64,000 bases of DNA from the human T2T-CHM13v2.0 reference genome, Homo sapiens (GCA_009914755.4 CP086569.2:16480001-16544000); one strand, 5' to 3'. Positions 12,638 through 26,262 are shown, counted from the stretch's first letter. Made by a program: numbers and translations. Notes: a model not told the origin generated them from the sequence alone.

Positions 12638-14263
12638 TTATGGTTTTAAGTCTAACATGTAAGTCTTTAATCCTCTTGAATTAATTTTTGTATAAGGTGT
12701 AAGGAAGGGATCCAGTTTCAGCTTTCTCCAGTTTTCCCAGCACCACTTATTAAATAGGGAATCCTTTCCCCATTTCTTCTTTTTGTCAGGTTTGTCAAAG
12801 ATCAGATAGTTGTAGATAAGTGGTGTTATTTCTGAGGGCTCTGTTCTGTTCCATTGATGTATATCTCTGTTTTGGTACCAGTACCGTGCTGTTTTGGTTA
12901 CTGTAGCCTTGCAGTATAGTTTGAAGTCAGGTAGCGTGATCCCTCCAGCTTTGTTCTTTTGGCTTAGGATTGACTTGGTGATGTGGGCTCTTTTTTGGTT
13001 CCATATGAACTGTAAAGTAGTTTTTTCCAATTCTGTGAAGAAAGTCATTATTAGCTTGATGGGGATGGCATTGAATCTATAAATTGCCTTGGGCAGTATG
13101 GCCATTTTCATGATATTGATTCTTCCTACCCATGAGCATGGAATGTTCTTCCATTTCTTTGTATCCTCTTTTATTTCATTGAGCAGTGGTTTGTAGTTCT
13201 CCTTGAAGAGGTCCTCCCAGTCCCTTGTAAGTTGGATTCCTAGATATTCTATTCTCTTTGAAGCAATTGTGAATGGGAATTCACTCATGATTTGGCTCTC
13301 TGTTTGTCTGTTACTGATGTATAAGAATGCTTGTGATTTTTGTACATTGATTTTGTATCCCGAGACTTTGCTGAAGTTGCTTATCAGCTTAAGGAGATTT
13401 TGGGTTGAGACAGTGGGGTTTTCTAGATATACAATCATGTCATCTGCAAACACGGACAATTTGACTTCCTCTTTTCCTAATTGAATACTCTTTATTTCCT
13501 TCTCCTGCCTGATTGCCCTGGCCAGAACTTCCAACACTATGTTGAATAGGAGTGGTGAGAGAGGGCATCCCTGTCTTTTGCCAGTTTTCAAAGGGAATGC
13601 TTCCAGTTTTTGCCCATTCAGTATGATATTGGCTGTGGTTTTGTCATAGATAGCTCTTATTATTTTGAGATACGTACCAGCAATACCTAATTTATTGAGA
13701 GTTTTTCGCATGAAGGGTTGTTGAATATTGTCAAAGACCTTTTCTGCCTCTATTGAGATAATCATGTGGTTTTTGTCTTTGGTTCTGTTTATATGCTGGA
13801 CTACATTTATTGATTTGCATATGTTGAACCAGCCTTGCCTCCCAGGGATGAAGCCCACTTGATCATGGTGGATAAGCTTTTTGATGTGCTGCTGGATTTG
13901 GTTTGCCAGTATTTTATTGTGGATTTTTGCATCAATGTTCATCAAGGATACTCGTCTAAAATTCTCTTTTTTGGTTGTGTCTCTGCCCAGCTTTGGTATC
14001 AGGATGATGCTGGCCTCATAAAACGAGTTAGGGAGGATTCCTTCTTTTTCTATTGATTGGAATAGTTTCAGAAGGAATGGTACCAGTTCCTCCTTGTACC
14101 TCTGGTAGAATTTGGCTGTGAATCCACCTGGTCCTGGACTCTTTTTGGTTGGTAAGCTATTGATTATTTCCACAATTTCAGAGCCTGTTATTGGTCTATT
14201 CAGAGATTCAACTCCTTCCTGGTTTAGTCTTGGGAGGGTGTATTGGTCATGGAATTTATCCAT
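12638..14263 (-). pseudogene. L1 ORF2 remnant (541 aa: reverse-transcriptase C-terminal part plus Cys-rich domain), part of the 11504-17479 element
   Basis: Translated ORF contains [49 protein letters not shown]...[16 protein letters not shown] motifs (here [12 protein letters not shown]), typical of L1 ORF2p. Upstream frames are broken by stops and frameshifts. Confidence 0.9.
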
Positions 14264-14266
14264 TTA

Positions 14267-14602
<336 letters not shown>

Positions 14603-15081
14603 TCAATTTTACACCTTTCCTGCTTTCTCTTGTGGGCATTTAGTGCTATAAATTTCCCTCTACACACTGCTTTGAATGTGTCCCAGAGATTCTGGTATGT
14701 TGTGTCTTTGCTCTTGTTGGTTTCAAAGAACATCTTTATTTCTGCCTTCATTTCGTTATGTACCCCGTAGTCATTCAGGAGCAGGTTGTCCAGTTTCCAT
14801 GTAGTTGAGCAGTTTTGAGTGAGTTTCTTAATCCTGAGTTCTAGTTTTACTGCACTGTGGTCTCAGAGACAGTTTGTTATAATTTCTGTTCTTTTACATT
14901 TGCTGAGGAGAGCTTTACTTCCAACTATGTGGTCAATTTTGGAATAGGTGTGGTGCTGAAGAAAATGTATATTCTGTTGATTTGGGGTGAAGAGTTCTGT
15001 AGATGTCTATTAGGTCTGCTTGGTGCAGAGCTGAGTTCAATTCCTGGGTATCCTTGTTAATTTTCTGTCACGTTGATCTGT

Positions 15082-15402
15082 CTACTGTTGACAGTTGGGT
15101 GTAAAATCTCCCATTATTATTGTGTGGGAATCTAATTCTCTTTGTATGTCACTCAGGGCTTGCTTTATGAATCTGGGTGCTCCTGTATTGGGTACATATA
15201 TATTTAGGATAGTTAGCTCTTCTTGTTGAATTGATCCCTTTACCATTATGTAATGGCCTTCTTTGTCTCTTTTGATTTCTGTTGGTTTAAAGTCTGTTTT
15301 ATCAGAGACTAGGATTGCAACCCCTGCTGTTTTTTGTTTTACATTTGCTTGGTAGATCTTTCTCCATCCTTTTATTTTGAGCCTATATGTGTCTCTGCAC
15401 AT
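15082..15402 (-). pseudogene. L1 ORF2 endonuclease-domain fragment
   Basis: Peptide ...YRLKIKGWRKIYQANVKQKTAGVAILVSDKTDFKPTEIKRDKEGHYIMVKGSIQQEELTILNIYVPNTGAPRFIKQ... is the conserved L1 ORF2p N-terminal (EN) region. Confidence 0.85.
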
Positions 15403-15922
15403 GAGATGGGTTTCCTGAATACAGCGTACTGATGGGTCTTGACTCTTTATCCAATTTGCAAGTCTGTGACTTTTAATTGGAGCATTTAGTCCATTTACAT
15501 TTGAAGTTAATATTGTTATGTGTGAATCTGATCCTGTAATGATGTTAGCTGGTTATTTTGCAGGTTAGTTGATGCAGTTTCTTCCTAGCCTTGATGGTCT
15601 TTACAATTTGGCATGATTTTGCAGTGGCTGGTACCGGTTTTTCCTTTCCACATTTAGGGCTTCCTTCAGGACCTCTTTTAGGGCAGGCATGGTGGTGACA
15701 AAATCTCTCAGCATTTTCTTGTCTGTAAAGTATTTTATTTCTCCTTCACTTATGAAGCTTAGTTTGGCTGGATATGAAATCTGGGTTGAAAATTCTTTTC
15801 TTTAGGAATGTTGAATATTGGCCCCTACTTTCTTCTGGCTTATAGAGTTTCTGCCGAGAGATCCGCTGTTAGTCTGATGGGCTTTCCTTTGTGGGTAACC
15901 AGACCTTTCTCTCTGGCTGCCC

Positions 15923-16147
15923 TTAACATTTTTTCCTGGTGAATCTGACAATTATGTGTCTTGGAGTTGCTCTTCTCGAGGAGCATCTTTGTGGCATTCT
16001 CTGTATTTCCTGAATCTGAATGTTGGCCTGCCTTGCTAGATTGGGGAAGTTCTCCTGGATAATATCCTGCAGAGTGTTTTCCAACTTGGTTCCATTCTCC
16101 CCGTCACTTTCCGGTACACCAATCAGAGGTAGATTTGATCTTTTCAC
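15923..16147 (-). pseudogene. L1 ORF1 C-terminal fragment
   Basis: Peptide ...NLPLIGVPESDGENGTKLENTLQDIIQENFPNLARQANIQIQEIQRMPQR...ATPRHIIVRFT is the conserved L1 ORF1p C-terminal domain. Confidence 0.85.
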
Positions 16148-17804
16148 ATAGTCCCATATTTCTTGCAGGCTCTGTTCATTTCTTTTATTCTTTTTTCTCT
16201 AAATTTCCCTTCTCACTTCATTTCATTCATTTCATCTTCCATCACTAATACCCTTTCTTCCAGTTGATCTCATTGGCTTCTGAGGCTTCTGCATTCTTCC
16301 TGTAGTTCTCGAGCCTTGGCTTTCAGCTCCATCAGCTCCTTTAAGCACTTCTCTGTATTGTTTATTCTAGTTATATATTCGTCTAAATTTTTTTCAGAGT
16401 TTTTAACTTCTTTGCCTTTGGTTTTAATTTCCTCCTGTAGCTGGGAGTAGTTTGATCATCTGAAGACTTCTTCTCTCAACTCGTCAAAGTTATTCTCCGT
16501 CCAGCTTTCTTCCATTGCTGGTGAGGAACTGCGTTCCTTTGGAGAAGAAGAGGTGCTCTGCAGAGTTTCCAGTTTTTCTGCTCTGGTTTTTCCCCACCTT
16601 TGTGGTTTTATCTACTTTTGGTCTTTGATGATGGTGATGTACAGATGGGTTTTTGGTGTGGATGTCCTTTCTGTTTGTTAGTTTTCCTTCTAACAGACAG
16701 GTCCCTCAGCTTCAGGTCTGTTGGAGTACCCTGCCGTGTGAGGTGTCAGTCTGCCCCTGCTTTGGGGTGCCTCCCAGTTAGGCTGCTCAGGGTCAGGGGT
16801 TAGGGACCCACTTGAGGAGGCAGTCTGCCCTTTCTCAGATCTCCAGCTGCATGCTGGGAGAACCACTGCTCTCTTCAAAGCTGTCAGACAGGGACATTGA
16901 AGTCTGCAGAGGTTACTGCTGTCTTTTTTTTTTGTCTGTTCCCTGTCCCCAGAGGTGAAGCCTACAGAGGCAAGCAGGCCTCCTTGAGCTGTGGTGGGCT
17001 CCACTCAGTTTGAACTTCCTGGCTGCTTTGTTTACCTAAGCAAGCCTGTGCAATGGCGGTCGCCCCTCCCCCAGCCTCGCTGCCACCTTGCAGTTTGATC
17101 TCAGACTGCTGTGCTAGCAATCGGTGAGATTCCGTGGGTGTAGGACCCTCCAAGCCATGTGCGGGATATAATTTCCTGGTGTGCCATTTTTTAAGCCTGT
17201 CAGAAAAGCACAGTATTAGGGTGGGAGTGACCCAATTTTCCAGGTGCTGTCTTTCACCTCTTTCTTTGACTAGGAAAGGGAACTGCCTGACACCTCACCC
17301 TGCTTTGGCTCACGCACGGTGCGCTGCACCCACTGTCCTGCACCCACTGTCTGGCACTCCCTAGTGAGATGAACCCAGTACCTCAGATGGAAATGCAGAA
17401 ATCACACGTCTTCTGCGTCACTCACGCTGGGAGTTGTAGACCAGAGGTCTTCCTATTCAGCCATCTTGGCTGTCTCCTCTCCCAAATATTTCAATAGCTT
17501 AGACACCACCTAAAAGTTTAGCTCAATAGAGTAACTTTGTATTTTTTACGGCAGAAATGAGGCTTCCTTTGACACACCATATTTCTGCAACATTGTTAAA
17601 GGGTGGCTTTCTATAGCAGCATAATTTATGGCCTGCCTCTAGGAAGGACCACGTTTGGTGTAGGATATTAAAAACAAGAGTATCTTATTTTTAAGTAAGA
17701 AAAAACAATTATGATACTTGGAGTCTTATTTTGTTTTAATTAAATCCCCCTTTCCTGTAACCATGATCAATTTCAGTTATCCAGTACTGATCTTGGCCAA
17801 GACT

Positions 17805-18108
17805 GGAAGAGAGCTTGAGGCCAGAAGTTCAAGACTAGTCTGGGCAACATAGCAAGACCTCACCTCTAAAAAAAAAAAAAAAAAAAAAAGAAAGAAAGAA
17901 AGAAAGAAAGAAAGAAGGAAAGAAAGAAAGAAAGAAAGAAAGATGGCTGGGCATGGTGGCATGTACCTCTAGTCCCATGTACTTGGGAGGATGAGGCAGG
18001 AGGATCACTTGAGCCCAGAAGGTCGAGGCTTCAGTGACCTACGGTTGCATCACTGCACTCTAGCTTTGATGTCAGAGCAGGACCTTGTCTCTAAAAAAAT
18101 TTTTTTTT
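17805..18108 (+). mobile_element. Alu (5'-truncated left arm plus right arm) whose middle A-rich linker is expanded into a (GAAA)n microsatellite
   Basis: ggaagagagcttgaggccagaagttcaagactagtctgggcaacatagcaagacctcacctctaaaaaaa... (GAAA)n ...atggctgggcatggtggcatgtacctctagtcccatgtacttgggaggatgaggcaggaggatcacttgagcccagaaggtcgaggcttcagtgacctacggttgcatcactgcactctagc... Confidence 0.8.
17889..17942 (+). repeat. (GAAA)n microsatellite, ~13 units with one GGAA interruption
   Basis: agaaagaaagaaagaaagaaagaaggaaagaaagaaagaaagaaagaaaga, directly visible. Confidence 0.9.
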
Positions 18109-19200
18109 AAATACTGATCTTAAGACAGCAATTTCATTTCCCATGTTCTTATATCATATAGCGAATTTTGTTGACAAATGAAAATAAAAAAAGCCAGATT
18201 CAAAAAGTGAAAGTCTAGTTTGTGTCCCAGAAAATGGGTATTCCATCTTGATTCTGGGGAGTCATTGAAAGACATTCTCCCCACTTGGGGAAGGAAGGAA
18301 ATCCTCTGTCCCTTGTCTCTCCCCTTCAGATCACTTTTCACCATTGGGGGCTTTTCCTGGTCTAATTCTCTTGCCTGCCCACTTCCCCTCTTACTTCTTC
18401 CTTCCTTTCAACTTTATTTGGGATCTCATAAAGGACTGAGTCTTTCTTGAGAGGAATTTGAAAAGAACCAAGCACTATGACTGCCATTTCAGGATTGAAA
18501 AAGTATTTCAGGGCACACCCTGCATCTCCATAGAACTCTGCCTACCATGTTGCTTTCTCTTCCCCTCGTGGTTCATGTGAACGCTGGTTTGGGAAGGGAG
18601 CCAAGCCAGTCTTTTGTTCTTATTTTTAACTTATAATAACAACATATTTTCAGTCCACAGACTTCTGCAGATTGTGTGATTAATAATAAGGGTTGAGGCC
18701 AAAGAAGTGCTAACAACAAGGCTATAATTACATTATGAGTTTTTAGTGACAACAAAATAAACCATGGGAGAAAGCTCAAGGGACATAGGACATCTTAAGC
18801 ACACTTACCCAAATTATATAGCCACGTCAAACTTCCAGTTTTTAAATGCCTTGTAACAAGAGATGATAGGGATGTAGTGTTTTTAATCAAAGAAAGAAAA
18901 TCCTCAAGTTAAACCCTCACCCTTAAAAAATAATTGTATGCCCCTCATTTTGATGGCAACAACCTAATGGTATCCATGGCTTCAATTTCTCATGTAGCTG
19001 TTAACTGATGTTTAATGCAAAACACAATTTTACACTTTATTCATTTCTTTAAAATTCAAGCAATCTTATTTTGCTCATCACCAATTCCATGTGTTTTATT
19101 GTTTGCAATCTTGAAAGCTCCCCTTCTTAGCCTAGTTAGATACCTAGAACTAAAGCAAGTATATTTTCATTTGGGAATTATCTATTTCCTGGTTATTTAA

Positions 19201-19215
19201 TGGTATTATTATTAT
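19201..19215 (+). repeat. (TTA)n short simple repeat
   Basis: ttattattattat. Confidence 0.6.
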
Positions 19216-19688
19216 TATATATGAATTAATTCATTCTGATGAAAAATTTTCTTTCATTGAAGTCTGTGAGATACCAGTTGCCTCATGCAATACAGTATTT
19301 TTTTTTAATCCAAATTGCTAAATGCCCTTCTTTTCAGCAGACCTGTATTTCATGAATAAATCATTCTCTTTGGTAAGGCAAAGGAAAATAAAATTGTGTT
19401 TTGGAGAAGCAATAGGAAGAATAAGAGTGTGAATGCCAGATCAGCCAGATTTCAATCCCATCAGTTCTTTCTTGTCCCATGACCTTGAGCAAATTACTTA
19501 ACCTTTGTGTGCCTATATTTTCTCATCTGGTCAATGGGGACAACAGTAGTTCCAGCTCATGGTGCTCTTTGCACATGTAGTAAGATAATGCATGGACACA
19601 GGCATTATTGCACAAGGCACCCAGTTGGAGTTAGTCTTCTTTGTATTAATTACAGCTGGAGCCCTCTCATGCTCTTGTTGTTCAGAAG

Positions 19689-19860
19689 GACATTTGAGAA
19701 CACAGGACTGATTCACCACTTGATGCCTGGCTGTTTATCCCTCAGGATCATTGATGGACATGATCTGATGCCCCTACTTGAAGGAAAATACCAGTACTCT
19801 GATCATGAGTTTCTCTTCCGTTACTGAAATGCCCACTTAAACGCTGGTGCCCTTGGAACA
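19689..19860 (+). pseudogene. Steroid-sulfatase-like exon (homolog of the penultimate STS coding exon) with in-frame TGA and small indels
   Basis: Translation ...[34 protein letters not shown]... Human STS protein, from memory, reads ...[43 protein letters not shown]... About 85% amino-acid identity over ~30 residues. The Cys codon is replaced by TGA at 19825-19827. Upstream DNA still aligns loosely to STS cDNA (ctggagctcccctgcctgaggacaggatcattgatgga versus ctggctgtttatccctcag---gatcattgatgga). A GT donor (aaca|gtgagtaaac) follows at 19861. Confidence 0.65.
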
Positions 19861-20033
19861 GTGAGTAAACTGACCTTTCCATGCTTCTCATGCTTCATGC
19901 AACCTATGCCATGGGAATACATAAAACTAAAATGCAGCTCTGCTTGATAGAGGCCAACAGGTTCCTCAGTGTGTGACCATACTTTGCTTTGTCCTGTTCT
20001 CCCTCTTCCTCCTCTCTTCTCCTTCTTGTTCAG

Positions 20034-20330
20034 GTATGATGATGTCAGGGGTGCTGTGTTATTCACCCACCTGAACGACACCCACAGCTCCTCTTTACCA
20101 GCAGAGGAAGTCCCAAGTTCTCAACAGGGTACTGTGGCTGGTCATTTATTGCATGCACAACTGCCCAGCCTCACTACCTGGCACTCCTCTCACGCTGAGG
20201 CCAGCAGCCCCTGTACTCTGTGCATTGCTGTGCTTATACTTGCAGGTTCTTCTCCTAGAAGGTCTCCTCACCTTGTCCTTCTTGGAGGGTCCTACTCAAT
20301 GCCCCCCAGTCCCTGCTGAAATGCCTCCTC
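20034..20330 (+). pseudogene. Remnant of the STS-like last coding exon (heavily deleted and frameshifted), after a ~173-bp intron
   Basis: Intron 19861-20033 ends in a polypyrimidine tract plus cag. Downstream ggtgctgtgttattcacccacctgaacgacacccacagctcctcttt aligns with indels to the STS segment encoding GSYVTHHDPPLLF (ggtcctatgtcacccatcatgacccacctctcctcttt, from memory). About 100 bp of expected exon sequence is missing upstream of this match. Confidence 0.4.
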
Positions 20331-21694
20331 TGCCTGCCCTCAAAGCATTTCCCTCACTCTTTTAGCACAGCACTAAAAGCTTGAGAATGAATGAGTATAT
20401 GGCATTTAAATGTTTACCTGACTGACTTTCGCAGCCTAAAGATGATGGATCATGACTCACTGCATCTGTATTTTGTGCATCATGCATATTTGCTATATTT
20501 AGATATTTAAAGCAAAGTTAAAATGTTCTTCAGTGCTATCACATTTCTTGAACTGGGAGTTTCTTTAATTGTGCAATCAAACAGGATCTCATGTTGCTTT
20601 TCTAATACTCGTTTTATAGTGGCTTTTCCAATTAGCAAACAGGAACAAATGGTTTATAATCTTAAGTGTGGTTATTCATTTCAGACCTTTCTTTCATATT
20701 TTTAAAACTTAGAATTACAGTAATATTCCTATCACTAAGATACCTGACAGTCGATGGAAAGTGGTGAGCAATTTACACAACTATCATATGTTCCAGAGGT
20801 ACCTGTTGAGGTTGGAATTTCAGTTCCTTCTTTGGAGGTAAAATAAAATTCCCCTTTTCTCTAAGGGGCTTTGGAGCTCTGTTTCTCGAACCTAGGACTG
20901 ACCCCCGATGGGGAGGGAATGTAATAACATCCTAGCTGCTAACTTCTTCTTAAACTCAGGATGATTCCATTCCATTTTCCAACAAATCTTTGTCTCTTCC
21001 TCAATCAGATAGCCAATTTAACCAAGACTAATTTAAGGAACAACCTCTTTTTTATTTATACAACCTTTTTATGAAGTTACACCCCTAATAAGGCGGTGAA
21101 ATCACACCAGTTTTATGCTTCATAGTTTCTCCTTTAAGTCTGGGCAGTTTCCTCATGATATGTTCTAGAAGACAAAAAACAACAGAAACATGGGCTTGCG
21201 ATTTTACTTCTGGAAGCATTTTATTCACATATCTCATCCATGTGGCCAGAATTCCTAGTTTCCATAAGCACACTGCTTCTTTTTTTAGATCAGTTTATAG
21301 CATCGACTTCTGAGCTTTGTAATAAATGAGAGCTCAAGGACTCTTAATTTCTTTTTATATGGCGCCAGCAAGGAATGTGAAGAACAAAGTCTCTGTGACT
21401 ACTGCATGTCCGAATAAGACTGTATCATGTCCTGAACCTTGCAAAATTGTATTTTAATAGAGCCAAATCCCCAGTTAGAGAAGTTGGAAGGAACATATTG
21501 GATCAGAGGCTGGAGGAACACATTATGTGGAGGAGTAAAGAGAAAGGGGACAGGAAGAGATAGAAAATAGGAGTAAGAAAAACAAGACCCAGTTTCTCAT
21601 ATGCAACTGGTCCCAGGATAAAATTTGCTTCTTACGCACAAGTAACATTTCCTGTGAATGCTATTCGTTCAACTCTCCTGCCTTGAACAGGTAA

Positions 21695-22034
<340 letters not shown>

Positions 22035-25000
22035 GAAAAGTATCTCAAGGCTAGACTCAGTCATCAAGATAAAGAACGTCAAGAAAACCTGATGTTTATG
22101 AATCATTTATTATGTATTTTTCAGATGCTATTTGAAACTTGTAAACATGTTTGCTGTCTTTGGTTTCATGTATGGCTTCATGTTTACTCATTTCGTATTT
22201 TATCTATTCATTTTTCTCTAGAAATATGTATTGAGCCCGTACTGTGTGGAATGTACTGTGTTTGTGCTGACATCTGTCAGGAAGCAAAACAAAGTTCTCT
22301 ACTGACGAGTACCTTACATTTTAGGGAATGAGGCACTGCTAGTTGTGCAATGTGCTGGAAATACAGGGATGCGTAAGGAAAATGTGACTATCATTCACTG
22401 GAGCTTTCTGTCACCTGGGGAAGACAGATGTTAAACTAGTACTAGTTGAGTGAGTCTCCATAGCTCATCTCAGGTGGACTTTGGTAACAGCTTGTCAATA
22501 ATCACTAGCTTATGGAACACATTTCATAAATCTTAGGGATAAGAGGGGTTGTCACCTGACCTCAGAATACTTTATTAGAGAAGAAAAAGAAATGTAGGAT
22601 TAGGGTTCAGTAGCAGGCAGTGGTATGTAGGAGTCAGCTTTTGATTTTTCAGGAATCTTGCCAGCTGCTTGTGAAATTATTGCTCATTTTCATTTGGCTC
22701 TGTTGGGGGTGTTTACAATATGGCAATTGGAAAACACAACAAATCCAGGCTGGCTTCCTCTCTCAGAGCCCTAGATTAACAACAGTTTGTTTGTATCAGT
22801 AGAACTGATTGCAAATATTTTTAAGATGCTCTTACTATTTATCTTGATTGCTTGGAAGACTAAATGTTATTCCAAACTCATGAAATACTGATTTTTAAAA
22901 ATTCTAGAGCTAGGATGTAATTTCCACCCTTTAAAAACATGAATCACTTTTAAGTTTTGTATATAATATCTTCTCTATAATTTAGTTTTCTCAGCAAATT
23001 AAATGACAATTTAATTATGATCTGATATCATTATTCCTATTACATGTTAAAAGAACTCATGGAAAGCATGATTATAACATGGATAACTTTTCTCACGCCA
23101 AGTGGGAATTTTGAGTTAAAATTTACAATTCAATGGGTATGAAAAATCTTGACTTTAATGTTTGATATTATGAATTAATATTATTAAAATTAAACACAAT
23201 GTCAACTTGATTTTATAGATGGAATTTATCTTAGAGGGTAGATGGATATTTGGCTCCAGAATTTTCAAGCTGATGACTGTAGTCTGTGAGATAAATACTC
23301 ACATTAATGGAGAGTCCCCAAACCAGGTGGTCACACTAAAATCCATGGGATAGCTGTAGGTATATTCTATAATGCAATGCAACATAGTACACAATTAATA
23401 GCTTAAAGCATTTTGTACAGACATATATGGAACCTTAGTATCATGTGGAAAAAAAAGGTGACATTTATTTGAAATGTCACCCTTTAGTCAGGAAATGGGA
23501 TCTCTATGAAGCTATCAAAATTAATGCAAAGGAACAAGGCACTCATACCATCCTTTCTCTGGGAGAAGGATGTAGACATCCTCACACTGAACTAGCAGAG
23601 TCTCATAAATCTTGCTCCATTTTCAATTCAAGTTTGTTGGAACCTTTTGTTTTCCTTTGATTAAAAAAATACCTTTATTTTAAAAATGACAACATGAGGA
23701 ACATTTGAATGACTCTTTTTTAGCTATTGTGAGATATATAGTCAATTAATGTTAACTGGTGATAGATATCCCAGTTTCCCTGATTTGAGTATAAGAGTGT
23801 TTCAAATGGTCACAGGTACCTTGAAAATATATACATCAAATATGAATCAATAAAAAATAAGTAAATAAAATTATTACAGCAATATGATAATGAAATTTAT
23901 TCTTAAGGAATGTGTTCTTATCCAACTTTCTGAAGGACACCTTTCTTTCAAAATAGGAGCTCAGTAATGGTTTAAAATGAAAACCAATGTTTCTATGGTA
24001 ATGCAAAAAAATGCTTTCATTACTCACTGTCCAACATTTTCATTTAACTAAAAATTAATTTTGCCTCTAAAATATACCTAATAAAATAGAAGAGATTTTC
24101 ATAACAGCCACATATGAGTTAACAGCTTCAGAATGCCAGCACTTGGCTTTTGCTTTCTTTAGTAATTTTGGTGAGTATTTGCCAGATGCCCTTCCTTGTC
24201 TGATCCTCAGAATTAGGATCTAAAGTGTCAGAAATAACACATTGAGAGCTGAAACTGACCTAATGTGAAATGGAGCATTGCCAAATTTAAGCTCACCAAA
24301 TACAGTCCAGTGTTTCAGCTTACCTTATAAAAGGACATATTCTCATCCTAATCTGTAACTGTAGCAATTAAGAAAAAGCACATATATGTAAATCATTTCA
24401 AGGTTATCTTTTATGTCTCAAGTTTTTTTTTTTCTTTTCCTGTGAACACCTCAAATGCTGCATTGCCACAAGGTTTTAATAGTTCAGACATGTAGCCATT
24501 ATTTCACTCATGTGCCTGTGAAGCTTAGTAACAAGGTGCAACATTTGTACTCATAATTGTAGCAGCACAGGATTATGGTGTCCTGGGATGAACAGAATTT
24601 GCTTCAGAGACCTAGAAGAAGTAGTAACTTAAGAAGTTAGAAGAGTTTCCTTAGACTTCTAATATTTTTATTGAATTTATTGCATATTGTTATGATCCAG
24701 ACACATCAGTAACAGGCTTAACTTCCCCAAACATTCATTTCTTTTAGTGGTAAAAGAACACACATGAATAGATTTTGTGTTTTTCAACACAGTCTATTAA
24801 ACTTATATTCTCTTATGGAACTTCATATTACCTTATAGACAGTATGAGACAGTATATGACATAAACTCACTTTTCCTCCAAAGTTGTAATCTGTTTAATC
24901 GAACAATACACTAATACTGTGGAAGAAACAGTCCTGGTCATTGCTTTTGATAATTTGCTACACTACAAACTTACCTCCTTATAGAGACAAAGTAAATCAA

Positions 25001-26049
25001 AATTGAATTTCTTTCTTGAATTCCAATAAATATATAAATAAATCCTACAAAAAAACTTGGTGTGTCTGAAAGTTCAAACGCCTTTTACCATCTAAGCTCG
25101 GCACCCAGCTAATTCTGATTTTTTTTGCAAGAGGTCACTTTGATCTCTTCTCCTTGCATTCTCTGTTCTACCATTTCATTGATTTTCTGCAGTATTTTGC
25201 ATATCTCTTTTCTCTGACTTCAACATGGGGCATCTCTCAGTTATCCCGGAATGTCTGTTTATGTTTCTAACCCACTGCCAGATTTGCTTTTATATGCTGT
25301 CAGACCTGGTGTTTTCTACATAGACATTTTAGTTCTAACCAGGACATGGAATATTTAGCAGCTTTTTGCATCTTCCTTACTTTTGTATGTTCTATACAAA
25401 AAATGTTTTGTAGGTGGTTATAGACATTTGCCTTGTTAATCTCATAATCTTGAAATTTCTCATCTCTTTTATTGATTATTGTGCATCTTTTGGAGACATG
25501 CTTGACAACAGTAAACATTGATGTTTGTTGCATATTTACTGTCTGCTAGGCACTTTGTCGATGACTTTGCATTTGATATCTCATTTAATCCCCTGAATTA
25601 AAAGAGATAATGATAATGTTAGTTTCATGTTTGGTTTTAGTAGAAAACAAACAAAAAATAATAGTTTACATTAGAGAGAAGTTCATATCTCCATCTCACA
25701 GGTGAAGTCTAGGGCTGAATGGTCCACAAAGTCTCTTAGAATCACCTAAGTGGCTTCTCCACCTACTGTAGAATGCGGCAGTTTCATCTTCTTGGTGAAT
25801 GATTGTCTCTACCCTAAGTGCATACAGTGGTGGAGTGGATGGGAAAGATGGGAAGAAAAAAGGCCACGGGTACTACTTCCCAAGGAAGATAGTCAGACTC
25901 TTCTCAGAGGCCGGAAGTTGGTCACCTGTTCACATCTAGCTTCACAGGATGCTGTGAAGGAGACTTTTGTTATGGGTGTCTATGTACCCAGAGGAACATT
26001 CAATGACTGTGGGAGGCTGCGGGAACAGCTAGCTGTCTGTCCTCCCAGT

Positions 26050-26262
26050 GTAAAACCCCATCTCTCATAAAAATACCAAAACTAGCCAGGTGCCTGTATT
26101 AAAGCTATTAATACAGGCAGGTGCCTGTAATCCCAGCTTCTCAGGAGGCTGTAACAGGACAATTGCTTGACCCTGGGTGGCAGAAGTTGTAGTAAGCCAA
26201 GATCGTGCCACTGTACTCCAGTCTGAGTGACAGAGCAAGATTCCATCTCAGAAAAAAAATCA
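26050..26262 (+). mobile_element. Partial Alu (end of left arm plus right arm)
   Basis: gtaaaaccccatctctcataaaaataccaaaactagccaggtgcctg...ggcaggtgcctgtaatcccagcttctcaggaggctg...ccactgtactccagtctgagtgacagagcaagattccatctcagaaaaaaaa. Confidence 0.75.

Noticed and set aside
12638-14263. Longest ORF in the window (541 aa, minus strand) and the other 150-234-aa ORFs at 40304-41008, 41210-41893, 42485-42964, 48690-49106
   Set aside because: All translate to L1 ORF2p segments (EN, RT, Cys-rich domain) inside recognisable L1 bodies and are interrupted by stops or frameshifts. They are transposon remnants, not cellular genes.
19741-19745. ccctcag looked like a splice acceptor immediately before RIIDG
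   Set aside because: Homology to the STS coding sequence continues upstream across it (cctgag(gac)ag equivalent), so it is exon-internal sequence with a small deletion. The real acceptor candidate is further upstream (~19688, ttgttcag|aag).
24400-24440. Poly(T)/T-rich run and other A/T homopolymer tracts (e.g. 7668-7680, 9243-9255, 45650-45676)
   Set aside because: Ordinary homopolymer tracts and retroelement tails; no associated element boundaries or regulatory context I can support.
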